Shown: piece by piece, positions 25,174-36,500 of the stretch | Position numbering within the stretch: the first letter of the stretch is position 1 | Layout of the letters: every line of letters starts with the position of its first letter | Source of the DNA: Vitrella brassicaformis CCMP3155 | Taxonomy: Eukaryota > Protista > Chromerida | Assembly (NCBI GenBank): GCA_001179505.1 | Contig: CDMY01000531.1 | Coordinates: 248,001-312,000 of the forward strand | DNA: 64,000 bases | Direction: 5' to 3' | Made by a program: the position numbers and the translations under genes | The notes under the pieces: generated by a model | Told to the model about the DNA's origin: nothing | What the model saw: only the letters and a program-made list of their open reading frames with translations | Databases searched by the model: none

Positions 25174-25242
25174 GACCGACCGACTGACTGACTGACTGAC
25201 CGACTGACTGACTGACCGACTGACTGACTGACTGACTGACTG
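25174..25242. repeat. (GACT/GACC)n tetranucleotide microsatellite
   Basis: Read directly from the sequence. Confidence 0.95.
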
Positions 25243-25862
25243 GCCTCGCCTCAGCTTCCCTGCTATCAGATGGTCCCCTCCCTCACCTGAAGCCGGCCGT
25301 CGCGCCTCTTTTTGCGTGATGCGTACGTAACCATGGAGTGAGTATGGTGTGCAGCGTGTGGTCTGCAGAAATGAAATGACGATGGCCGCCTGACTGACTG
25401 GCTAATGCGTAACATGATGCATGCGGATAATGCGATACGATCCAGTGCGTGTTCGTGTCGCCTTGGCTGCTCCCACTTGCTCTCTCTCGGCTCTCGACTG
25501 TCTGTCTGACTGTCTGTCTGTCTGTCTGTCTATGGAAAGCAAGCGTCCGCCGCCCTTTCTGGTGTTCGGCTGAGAGGACAGGCACTACTACATACTGTTG
25601 AGCATTGTGATGCGATGTCATTCTGCCGCGATCTTGTGCGTGAGTTCGTCGTCGGGGTCGTAGCGGTTCAGCGCTCTGTCTGCAGTGCGCTGAATCTCTA
25701 CAGTTTCGTTGGGGAATGGACGCATCGATTGCTACCGCTGACCAGCTGTGATGGATGTGAACATGAAATGGATTGATTCCCCCATGATGAAGGGACACTC
25801 GCTGACAGGGTTTCGAAGCAGGGTTTGACAGGGACACCCAATTTCAGAAAGGCTTAAATGAC

Positions 25863-26907
25863 ATGCACCCTCACCATCCGCAGCTCACCAAGGCGCAGGA
25901 GATCTGCCGTTTCTATCAGCGCAAGTTCCCGCGTGTCCCTCCCCTGTCAGTCGACGAGGCCGTCCGGCTGCAGTCGGCGGGAGAGAAGGTGCTTATGGTC
26001 GACTGCCGCACCGCAGAGGAGATGAGCTGCTCAATGGTGGACGGGGCCATCACTCTTGAACAGCTGGAGGAGGCCGACGAGGCAGATCTGCAGGCGGCAA
26101 CGATGATTGTGCCATGTATGTGAGCTGCCAGCACTCAGGCATCGCACTGACTGACAGGCAAGGAGAAAGTGAGACGGCAGACAGACAGACAGACAGACAG
26201 ACAGACCAAAGCAAACGTGCTTTGTCTGCCTTTGTCTGTTTCTGTGTGTGCGTGTCCTTGTCAGATTGCAGTGTGGGCTACAGGTCAGGCATCGTGGCAG
26301 AGCGACTCAGGAGGCAAGGCTACGAGGTATCTACCTACGGCGAATGAAGACCACACACATACAATGCAGCCCAGCCCCCTATCATGGATGGATTGCGATG
26401 CACTGGTGTGCGTCGGTCGGTCAGAATGTCCGCAATGGTGACGGCATCGTCTTGTGGGCCTGGCACGACTGGCAAAAACAGCACCAGCAGCAGAGCCAAC
26501 CTGCCGACCCAGCCACGGAGCCCTCAGCGCCATCGCCCCGCCTAGTAGTGCCCAGCCGCCAGCCGCCCGAGGTAGCGGATTCGTCACCCTTGCTTCTTGA
26601 GAAGAGCGGGCAGCCGACACGGGTGCACGTCTTCGGCTCGATGTGGAGTCATCTGCCGCCAGGCTATCAGGTGACTGACGGTGGGGTGGCACATCCATCC
26701 ATCCATCCATGTGTGTCCCTTCCCTGCGTTGGAATGGCGTGCTTGTGTGGCGATCAGGCTGTGACCTTCCCGCTGTGTCGGCAGCTGGCAGAGATTGTGT
26801 GCATTGTGGCCTCTCGTGTGGCGCAGATCATGAGATGCGAACGGTGTGTGTGCGCGTGCACTTGTCTGCCTTCCGGCTGCCGGCCATTTGGTCTGCTTCC
26901 AACATAG
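25863..26907 (+). CDS. Rhodanese-domain (sulfurtransferase-like) protein
   Basis: KVLMVDCRTAEE...MVDGAI, and active loop YCSVGYRSG formed across a splice junction, then NVRNGDGIVLW and VHVFGSMW. Start codon uncertain. Confidence 0.75.
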
Positions 26908-27215
26908 GCGACCAATGTCATCCATGTGTGTGTGCATGGACTGGACGACAGACAGACAGTCCCTCCCTTCGACTCAAGAGAAGTGCCTCCACGCGCCGAC
27001 AGAACCACATGCATGAGTCAGCGTTACACCCACATTGCAGCACACACAACACGCACCATTGTACTGGCCCAGGGCGATTTGGCATTGCAAAACTGATGGC
27101 AAGCACTGCTGCAGGCAAGTAGAATGTCGCCGACGCGTGCACGCGCAGGGTTCGTCGATGTCAGACCCGACTCAGGGAGGTCTGCGCGCTCAGCTCACAC
27201 GGATCGTCTGATGAG

Positions 27216-28999
27216 ATGAAGAAAAAGATCAAGAAGCCCGGGAAGGCGTCAGCATCTTGCCTACCTCCCAAGCAGCACGGACGTTCTCCACGGGACGGAT
27301 CTCCCGCTGCTGCAGAGGAGCAGCAACCATCCCCTGTGCCGAGGAAGCCCACCGAGAAGTTCATGAAAACCGACAAAGAAGTGGTTGAAGAGTGGCTTCC
27401 CTACACGAAGGTGAGTACGGCGAGGGAGGCACAGAGAGTGTGTTCTGCATGCCACCGCATTACTCCCGCCTCTCTGGTGCGGTGCTGCATGTAGGTGGGA
27501 GAGGTGATAGCCGTCCCCGGCCAGCGTCATTGCTATCTAGTGGCCGCCAAGTGCCCCCTCAGCGCGAATTTCGACCGCTGCATGGTCAGTGAGGACGACC
27601 ATTTCAGCCCTAATGAGATGCTGCAGATAATGGCTCGGCGAGGGCTGCCCGTCACAGCTGTCATCGACCTCACCAACACCAAGCGATACTACGACCCTGC
27701 TCTCTTCAAGAAGCAGGGCGTCGCTTACCACAAGCTGAGAGTGCTCGGCCGACAGGCGCCCGAAGCCGCACATGTGGCCGAATTCACCGGCCACATCGAT
27801 GAGCACTTCGCCGCCCACCCGTCGCCTTCTCAGCAGCGGCCCAAAGTGGTCCTGACGCACTGCACACACGGGGTCAATCGGACGGCCTTCTTCCTCATTG
27901 CTTACCTCGTCAAGAGTGCCGGCATGACCCTCGAGGCCGCGAAACATCTTGTCGAGATCAGGAGGGGGCACCCCATCAGGCACAGCTATCTGATTGAGGG
28001 GCTCACCACGATGCTGAGTGGGGGCGGCGAGAGGGGTGGCGAGAGCGGCAGCCAAGACAGCGGCGAGAAGAGGTGCAGGGAGGGTGGTGGTGGCGGTGGC
28101 GGCGGTGGTGGGGAGGGCCACACGGCCAAGAAACGGAAGACGGGAAGCGTGCCGACCTTCCCATACGACACTGGTACGTGAGAGGACACACACACACAGA
28201 CAGGCTGACAGGTGCAAACACTCCTCTGTGTGTGCTGTGGTGCATTCACTTGCAGCGTACAATGACCATTTCGAGACCCCCCTTGCCGCGTATCAGGACA
28301 TCGCGCCCGCCCTGCGGCACATTGCGGAGGGGCTGCGCAAGACCAGCGGCGAGCTGCGGATCTACGACCCCTTCTACTGCACGGGCAAGACCAAAGGTGA
28401 TCAACCATAGAACACACACACACCTCTCTGCAGCACATCCGTCGCATCCACACGTGTGTGTGTGGGTGTGCGTGTGTGTGTTCAGTCCATTTGCACAGCT
28501 TGGGGTTCAGGAGCGTCATTCACGAGAAACGGGACTTCTACTCTGACGTCAAGAACCAGGTGAGTGACTGAGTGAGTGACACCAACACAGCGCAGCGCAG
28601 CACAGCACAGCGCAGCGCAGCTGGACGGACACAACGTGTTGTGTGTTGCGTGAATGGCATGCAGACCGTCCCCGAGTATGACGTGATGGTGACCAATCCG
28701 CCCTTCAGCGACGAACACAAGGAGGACATCCTCCGCTTCGCCCTCAGCTCGCCACAGCCATGGTGGATGGATGGATGGATGGATCAACACACAACAGAGT
28801 GGCATGTCCGCGTGTGCGTCTGTCTGTCTGTCTGTTGTCTGTCGACCAGTTTCCTGCTGCTACCCAACTACGTGGCCACCAAGGGCTACTTCAGAGAACT
28901 TCGGCACCGCCTCGACCGGCTGCAGCGCGGCTTCTTCGCCGTCCCGCCCCTCAAGTACACCACACCACACCACACCACACCCAAACACACTCGTCCACC

Positions 29000-29034
<35 letters not shown>

Positions 29035-29416
29035 GTACGAGTACTCCCACCCCGAGAACACCGGCCATGCATCATCCCCATTCTTCTCCATCTGGTTCGT
29101 CGCCGCCGGCCACCAAGGCACTAACAACACCACCGATGCCACGTCGCTGTACCAGCGGTGGGTGCGCCACCTGCGGCAGGGGGGCGGGCCGGTCGGCATG
29201 GCCCTCGTGTGGACCGTCGAGGAGCTGCAGCGGCGCCATGTGGTCAGGGACGGCAATCGGCCGAACCCCAAGAAGAGAAGGAAAATGATGAAGGCCCGGT
29301 GTGTCGAGACGGAGGGGGTGCCGACATCAGAACCACAGCAACGGCCCAGCGGCTGCAAGAAGACGGCGCGGCGGAAGGCCGGGGCGCACAGGGCAAGAGT
29401 GGCGCCAAGCGGATAA
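27216..29416 (+). CDS. Fusion: PIR1/DUSP11/capping-enzyme-type cysteine RNA 5'-triphosphatase plus N6-adenine methyltransferase-like (NPPF) domain
   Basis: N-half: VIDLTNTKRYY...HCTHGVNRTAFFLIAYL. The same exon continues to FPYDT, spliced in frame (G|gtacgt...cag|CG) to YNDHFETP...IYDPFYCTG...LGF...DFY...DVMVTNPPFS...FLLLPNYV...SPFFSIWF. Confidence 0.8.
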
Positions 29417-30025
29417 GTAGATGTGGTGTGCGCCTGGACACGTGGACGTGTCGGTTTCGGTTCCACCCTGGCCTCTTGTCGTCAAAGTTCCGTTCCACAC
29501 TTGCACGTCACCGCGTGCGTGTCGGCCGACTCGTGCGCGTGTGTCGTGCGGGTGGGGTGATGGTGTGTTGAAGGACCAGACCATCTGTGGCGTTTATCGC
29601 TGTGAGTGTATGATATGCGAGAACCGCTTGTGCGTCGAGCGACGATGGATGCCGATTCGATTGAGAACATGAGTTGGTTGAATTGTTGATTACATTACGC
29701 TACGCAAGAAAGGGGTCCACAACACGAACACAGCACACGCATCTGCACACTCATCTATCGTAGGTAAAAACTTGCCGGCTCCGTCATACTATACTACAAC
29801 GCACCGTCCGTCCATTCCATCAGCTCACCCATTTAACCATCCATCCACACTGAGTGTACACACACACACGGGACAGCCCAGGGACGACACGTGCGAGAGG
29901 AGGGAAAAGAAAAAGGATACACCCACCAGCCAACCACCAAAAAGACGAGGCCCAAGACAAGAGGCAGCTCACCCACTCCTCCCCCACTCCCCCACCCATC
30001 CACTTCATGCCTGCAGTCAGTCAGT

Positions 30026-30053
30026 AGTCACATGGTGGCGCCCAGTGGCACCA
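30026..30053 (-). promoter_or_regulatory. Histone 3' stem-loop-like element (H2B side)
   Basis: Minus strand T-GGTGCC-ACTG-GGCGCC-ACCA-TGTGACT; 27/28 identical to 32575-32602. Confidence 0.7.
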
Positions 30054-30436
30054 GAGTGTTGGTCGTTGGGTGTGTGTTGGCTCAGTCAGTCCGGCAGGCA
30101 GGCAGGCAGGAAGGCGGATGGGTGTGAATAGTCTGCGTGTACGGGCAGTCAGTCAGTCAGTCAGTCGGAAAAGACAGACATCATCATCGCCTCCCTCACG
30201 AAGAAGGGCAGCAATGCATCGCTGGCTGCATCATGTCACCCATCCCCCCACCCCCCTCTCCCCCCGTCCATTCCATGTGTGTGGTGTGGTGGTGTGTGGT
30301 GTGTCCGAGTCTCTCGCTCTCCCCCTCAGTGAGTTATTGGCTCCCTCTTCTCGCCTCTCATCAGTCAGTGCATCACGGTGGAAGGCAGGCAGGCAGTGTG
30401 CTGTCTATGTGAAGTGAATTCCACCCCTCGGTCTCT

Positions 30437-31241
30437 TCACTGGGGGCCGCCAGTGAACCTGACACATCACACAAGACACACCACGCACACACAGGGGGAA
30501 TGATGATGAGAGATGTGTGGCGGGCGTGTGTGGTGGTGGTGGTGGTGATGTCCTGTCTTACTTGGTGACGGCCTTTGTGCCCTCCGACACGGCGTGCTTG
30601 GCGAGTTCGCCCGGCAGCACCAGCCGGATGGCCGTCTGGATCTCGCGACTCGACAGGGTGTCCTTCTTGTTGTACTTGCACAACCTGCACACACAAACCA
30701 CACACACCACACACACAGCACATATCATGACACACATGGTGATGTGTTGTCGTGTGTTGGTTACATACCTGCCGGCCTCCATAGCGATCTTCTCGAACGT
30801 GTCACCGCTGCACCACCACACACAGGGAGAGGCAGAGACAACACGCGCAGCGCACGATGGATGACCAAACGCACCCCACCACACTCCCTGCCTCCCTCTC
30901 TTCCCCTCCCGGCCTCGCCCACTCACATGAAGCTGCACATGATGCTCATGCCCTTCTTGGAGATGCCCGTGTTGGGGTGCACCTGCTTGAGCACCTGCAG
31001 ACCGCCACAGCACACCACATACAGGGAGACGAAGCGGCGTCTCAGCACACACACACATCGCACCCACCATCCCTCCCCTCCCCGTGTGTGTGGTGTCCTG
31101 ATGGTCTGTCTGACCTACCTTGAACACGTAGGAGGCGTAGGTCTCCGTGCGCGCCTTCTTGCGCTTCTTCTTGCCCTCCTTCTTCTCGCCAGCGGGCTTG
31201 GCGGACTTCTTCGAGGCCTTCGACTTGGCTTTGGGCGCCAT
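30437..31241 (-). CDS. H2B: Histone H2B, 5 exons
   Basis: MAPKAKSK...ETYASYVFK|[23 protein letters not shown]|[12 protein letters not shown]|[42 protein letters not shown]|FTGGPQ*. Confidence 0.95.
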
Positions 31242-31581
31242 GATCTCTCAACTCAACACACGATAGGCGATAAGGCGATAGGTACGCAGCACAAGGAGCA
31301 ACAAACGCGGCAAGCAACAGGGGGTCTCAACGCTATCGCTCTCCCAAAAGTCGGCGGGATTTAGTGCGGCGAGTGTCCGTCAAACACATCGCCTTGCATG
31401 TGTTTTGATCGGATCGCGCCAATCATTTTTGACGTCCCCCGATCGCCACTCAGCTCGCACAGCCTCTGAGCACTTTGAGAAACTGTCCCTCCAGCGCTAC
31501 CCCCGATTGACCCTCTGAGTGTTTGAGCGTTCATCTCCCTCTGTCGAATCGTATCTTACATCAGTTTGTCGCGTTAGCAGC
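31242..31581. promoter_or_regulatory. Bidirectional H2B/H2A promoter region
   Basis: 340 bp between head-to-head start codons; contains a CCAAT box near 31419. Confidence 0.6.
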
Positions 31582-32229
31582 ATGTCGGGCAAAGGCAAAG
31601 GCGGTCGTGGGAAGAAGGGCGGCAAGGCCGTGTCTCGGTCTGCCAAGGCGGGTCTGCAGTTTCCGGTCGGCCGTATCGCTCGCTACCTCAAGCAGGGCCG
31701 CTATGCCAAGCGGGTGGGCTCTGGAGCGCCCGTCTACCTCGCGGCCGTGCTCGAGTACCTCTGCGCCGAGATCCTGGAACTCGCAGGCAACGCCGCCCGC
31801 GACCACAAGAAGGTGAGGCCAAGAGGGAGGCAGGGAGAGAGGGTGGCGGGGAGGGAGAGAGGCGGGTGGGTGGTCATCTCATCGGTGTGTGCGCGCTGTC
31901 TGGTTTCTGTGTTGTGTTGTGTTGTGTTGTGTCTTGTGTGTGTCAGAGCCGCATTGTTCCGCGCCACCTGATGCTGGCGATCAAGAACGACGAGGAGCTC
32001 AACAAATACATGGCGGACGTGACCATCTCCATGGGAGGCGTGCTCCCCTCCATCCACAGCGTCCTCCTCCCCAAGAAGTAAGCCTGGCACCAGCCGACAC
32101 ACCACCCACCGCCTCCCCACACGCACACATCACGTGCCTCATGGCTGTGTCCCTTGTGTGTGTTGTCGTGTGTCCTCTTTGTGTGTCAGGTCCAAGAGCA
32201 AGAAGGCCGCGGTTGAGGAGAGCAAGTGA
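31582..32229 (+). CDS. H2A: Histone H2A (canonical-like, no SQ motif), 3 exons
   Basis: MSGKGKGGR...[20 protein letters not shown]...[27 protein letters not shown]|SRIVPRHL...[15 protein letters not shown]|[12 protein letters not shown]. Confidence 0.95.
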
Positions 32230-32574
32230 AGACCCACCAACCACACCACACTCACTACACCCACTGCCACCACCACTACCACAGGGTGCCTGCCTGCCTG
32301 CCTGCCTGCGTGCCTGTGATGGGAGGGGAGGAGGGGTCACAATGAGCAGCTGCTGCTGCTGATGATCTGCCTACTACCATCACCATACACCATATACCAT
32401 ATCATCATACCACTGACTACACTGTCTACTCACTACTATCTGACGATGAGCGGGCGAGCCAGAATGAGGGGGTGCAAATGGACGGACTGACTGATTGGAG
32501 GCGTGACATGACGACATGACACGGGTGGTCTGCTGCGACTGACCAGCCAACCACAACACACAACACAACCCTTT

Positions 32575-32602
32575 TGGTGCCACTGGGCGCCACCACGTGA
32601 CT
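32575..32602 (+). promoter_or_regulatory. Histone 3' stem-loop-like element (H2A side)
   Basis: T-GGTGCC-ACTG-GGCGCC-ACCA-CGTGACT; 6-bp stem with one G-U pair and a 4-nt loop. Confidence 0.7.
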
Positions 32603-33544
32603 TGACTATCGTGGCCCACAGCCAGAGGTGTAGAACAGACAGGTGATGGGTGTGGGGGGGCTGTGTGTGTGTGTGTGTGGATGGGTCGGTTGGCTGGCTG
32701 CATACCTTCTTGTCGATGTCTGCCGCCTTGGTTCTGCGAGGTGTTCGTTTCTGTCATGGCTGCTGCTGCGAGTCATGACAGCCACCGACACGGCCGTGGG
32801 TCCGAGGCGACAGCATTGGCGAGCGGGTGGGTGTTTTGATGGCTTGCAGAGTCGGTTGGTCTTTTTTTGTGGGCGTGTGGTTCTGTACAGTAGGTAGTGG
32901 CATTCACTCTAATGTGCCGAAAGTTCTGTGTCCTTAGGCGGTGCGGTGTGGGTGTCATGTCATGTCATGTCTTGGCTGATGTGGACGGACCATCGAGTGA
33001 ACTTTTTCATGTCATGTGGATGGGTGCTGAATGTGAATTAACCTCTGCAGCGTACTTCATTCACACACACACACGCATACCTTAGTCCCGTCCCCCACAC
33101 ACATGACATGCAACAAGCACACAACACACAGTTAAGCACCATGGCATGGCTACAAGGAAGCTACCGATGCATCCACCGCTTCACCACACACGCCATGCAG
33201 CGACGCACCGAACGAACAGGCCGTTCTTAACCAACCAACAGCGTCGCTCCTTGACCAGGATTAGCCAGACGTCGACAGCACACCACACAAGTGATGTCGT
33301 GTGCATAAATCACTACAGCCCACTTCAGCCCAGCCGCTCTCTCAACAAGTAAGGACTTCCATGCTGTGCTGTCGCCGTGTCGGTGCTTGTCATGACCCGC
33401 AGCAGCCAGCAGCCATGGTAGACGCCAACAGTCCCTCCCATCCTACCGACCCCATCCTCCCTGGACCATGCACCGATAAAGCGCACTCACATACACACGC
33501 AGACACCGCGCTCAACCAGCCTTTTGGTTCATGCATACAGTCCA

Positions 33545-36500
33545 TCAAAGGAAGAACAGGTGGTGCCTCAGCTCGTCGCTGGGGGCACACTTAAGCACGT
33601 CGCTCACCATGTCCTGGCAAGCACACACACACACACACACGGTGAGTACAAGAGAGAGAGAGAGAGAGAGGCGCTCACCCTCAGCTTGGCGGCGTACATC
33701 AGAGGCGCCGGCAGCCTGATGGGACCAGCCCTGCACACACAGATCAACACAGAGAGAGACACATGACATGAGTGGGTGCACTGGGTGGGTGGGTGCGGGT
33801 GTGGCTGACTGACCAGTTCATGTAGATGCACGCCAGCTGCTGCGTGAGCTCCTGGAAGGGCTCCGTGGCCATGCCCCCCAGCCCGTCGGCGAACAGAGAG
33901 TCGTTCTGCAAAACGTCATAGTACGTCGGACTCACCACCCCCTGCACCGGCAACACACATGCAGAGAGAGAGAGAGAGAGAGGGAGGGAGAGAGATGGAC
34001 CAACACACAGCCCGACATCGTGTGTGTGTCGGTTGTGTGTGCGTCGGGTCACGTACCTGTGTGACGGGCTGATGGGTCATGTAGAAATCAAACTTGTACG
34101 GCCGCACTATGTCCCGATCAAACACAGTGGCGGGCGGAGGGTTGCTCACCTAACCCACACACCCACACACCCACCCACACACACACACACCAACGCATTC
34201 ATTCATTCGTGAGTGATGCGATCTCATCACCACGCCCCACCACACGCACCCGCTGAGAGTTGGGTTCCATTTGGAAGAACCGCACGCCGCCCGGGCCCCT
34301 CTTGGACGCCACACACATCGTGACGGCGGGGTTGAAGCCGGCAGCGAACTCCTGCAGACCGCGGTTGATCGCCCCTTCGGCTGGCTGACGGAAATAAAGG
34401 CTGCAACACACGCCCAGAGGCAGACAGACAGACAAGGGTGTGTGTGGGGGGGGCCTACTTGTGGAGGATGGGTTTCTCTGCCTCCGGCACGCCGTCGCGA
34501 TAGATGACAATACGCCTGCAGAAACAACGTGTCAAGGTTCCTATTGTGGGTGTGGGTGGGGTGGCGTACTCGGGGGTGCATCCATTGGTCTGCGCGAATC
34601 GCTGCAGGAACGGCGGGAGGCACTGCTGCATGAAGGCCGCTTCACGCTCCTTGAAGGTGTCGACTACTGACAGTGTGTCGGTGCCTGAAGGTGTCGGCAA
34701 CACCTGCACCGCACTCATGTAGCTCGTCATTCTGACACCAACACACCCACACCGACACACACGATTGGGCCGGCGCTTATCTCTCTCTCTGTCTGGTCTC
34801 TGTCTTACTCGTCGTTGGTGGACGCGCACGCGGCCAGCACCCCCTGCTGTCGCGGCATCTTGCCAGTGCTCACTCCGATCACCTGACATGATGATCATGA
34901 CACACACGACGCAGAGGCGATGTGTTCATCCATCCGATCTCCTCTCTCTCTCTCTCTCTCTCTCTCGCTCTCTCTTTTACCATGGTCTTCCGGACGTTGC
35001 CCGTCTCAGTGTCTCTCAGCGACTCCTGTCAGCACACACAGGGACTTGACGCAGCCTGTGTGTGGGTGTGGGTGTGTGTGGGTGTGTGTGGGTGTGCAGG
35101 TGGTGACCAACCTAACCTTTATGGCCGGAATCGCCCAGATCCACCCCCCACACTTGACCACAATCTGGCCCACGAGCTTGGATCGCGCCACGCCCATCTT
35201 GTGGGCGAGGGTGCTGCGGCGGACGCACTGGCACGCCACGGGGAAGTCGACGTATGTGAGCTTCTTCAACCCGCTGTACACCTCTCTCGGCAGCGAGTCG
35301 GGCAAGATGGCGATCACCAGACACCTGCACACGCAGAGAGAGAGAGAGGGAAATGGTCGACAGAGATGGATGGATGGATGGATGGACCGTCTTGCGAGTT
35401 TGCCGGTCTCCATCTGGTGTCGTCTGAGCATGTCTTCGATGCCGTTGCGGGCCGCACGCACCCAGGAGCTCGCCCGCCCGTCGCCCGGCACCTCAACCGT
35501 CGTCGGCCGCTGAGCCACACCCACCTGGTAGCTGCACACACGACACACACACACGAATGCCGTCAATGATCGCTATCGCACAAAGGCCCACCCACCCACC
35601 TCATCAGCTGTTCGTTGAGCGCATTCATGAAGCCGCCGAGCTCTCTCTCGCCCCGCTCATGCAGCACCAGTACCTCCAGCAGCTGCTGGTCCGGCCCTCT
35701 CGCCACCGACCGCTTCATCGCACCCCCGATCCCACCCGGCTCCACCAAGTCGCGAAGCCCCACGTCAGCCATGCAGAGGTCGACGTCCATCTGCCGGCCC
35801 ACGAGGTGCATGAAGTCGGTCGGCTCGATGAAGGCGATGCCGCTTTCTTGGAGGGATTCACGCGCCCGCGTGCGTGGGGGCTGGCCGGTGAGGATGGGCA
35901 GGATGTCGCGGAGCTGTCTATAGCGTGTGTTGGGGTCGGTGCGCGTCTTTTGGATGAGGTTAGTGCGGAGGAGGCGGAGGGCTCTCTCGTCGCTGTGACG
36001 GGGAGGGCCTGAATGGAATGAACCGGATGAACGAGCAGGTAGGAAGGCAGCTCTTGGTGCGTGTGGCCACACCCACCCACCCATCTACCAACCAGTCACT
36101 TTGGCGAGCGACGGCGGGATGACGCACACGCCTTTCCGCCGAAGACAGACCTGCAAGGTAGACGCAGGAGACAACCACATCACGTCACATCAAGTGTGTG
36201 TCTGTGTGTCTGAGGTGCGGCCCGTTGTGTGTGCGTACAAGCATCGGCTGATCGCGTGGGCCTTGTGGCCGCAGCACGTCGATGCTATACCTCTCCATGA
36301 AGTACTGACACATACACACACACACACAGGCAGAGAGAGAGAGAGAGAGAGCATCATAGCATCACGTGTGGGGCGCATCAGTGGTGCGTACGCAGCTCGC
36401 ACCTCTCTGTATGTGATCTTTCTGTCAGGGAATTGCGAGTCGGGCGTCATGGCGAAGTCCACCCTCTCCACCGTGTAGCTCTGCACCGCGTGCTCTGTCA

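Noticed and set aside
25174-25242. Regular GACT/GACC array as CRISPR or functional repeat
   Set aside because: Simple tetranucleotide microsatellite with no spacers; the same motif is common in introns here.
31582-32229. H2A.X or H2A.Z identity
   Set aside because: No C-terminal SQ(E/D) motif and no H2A.Z signature residues.
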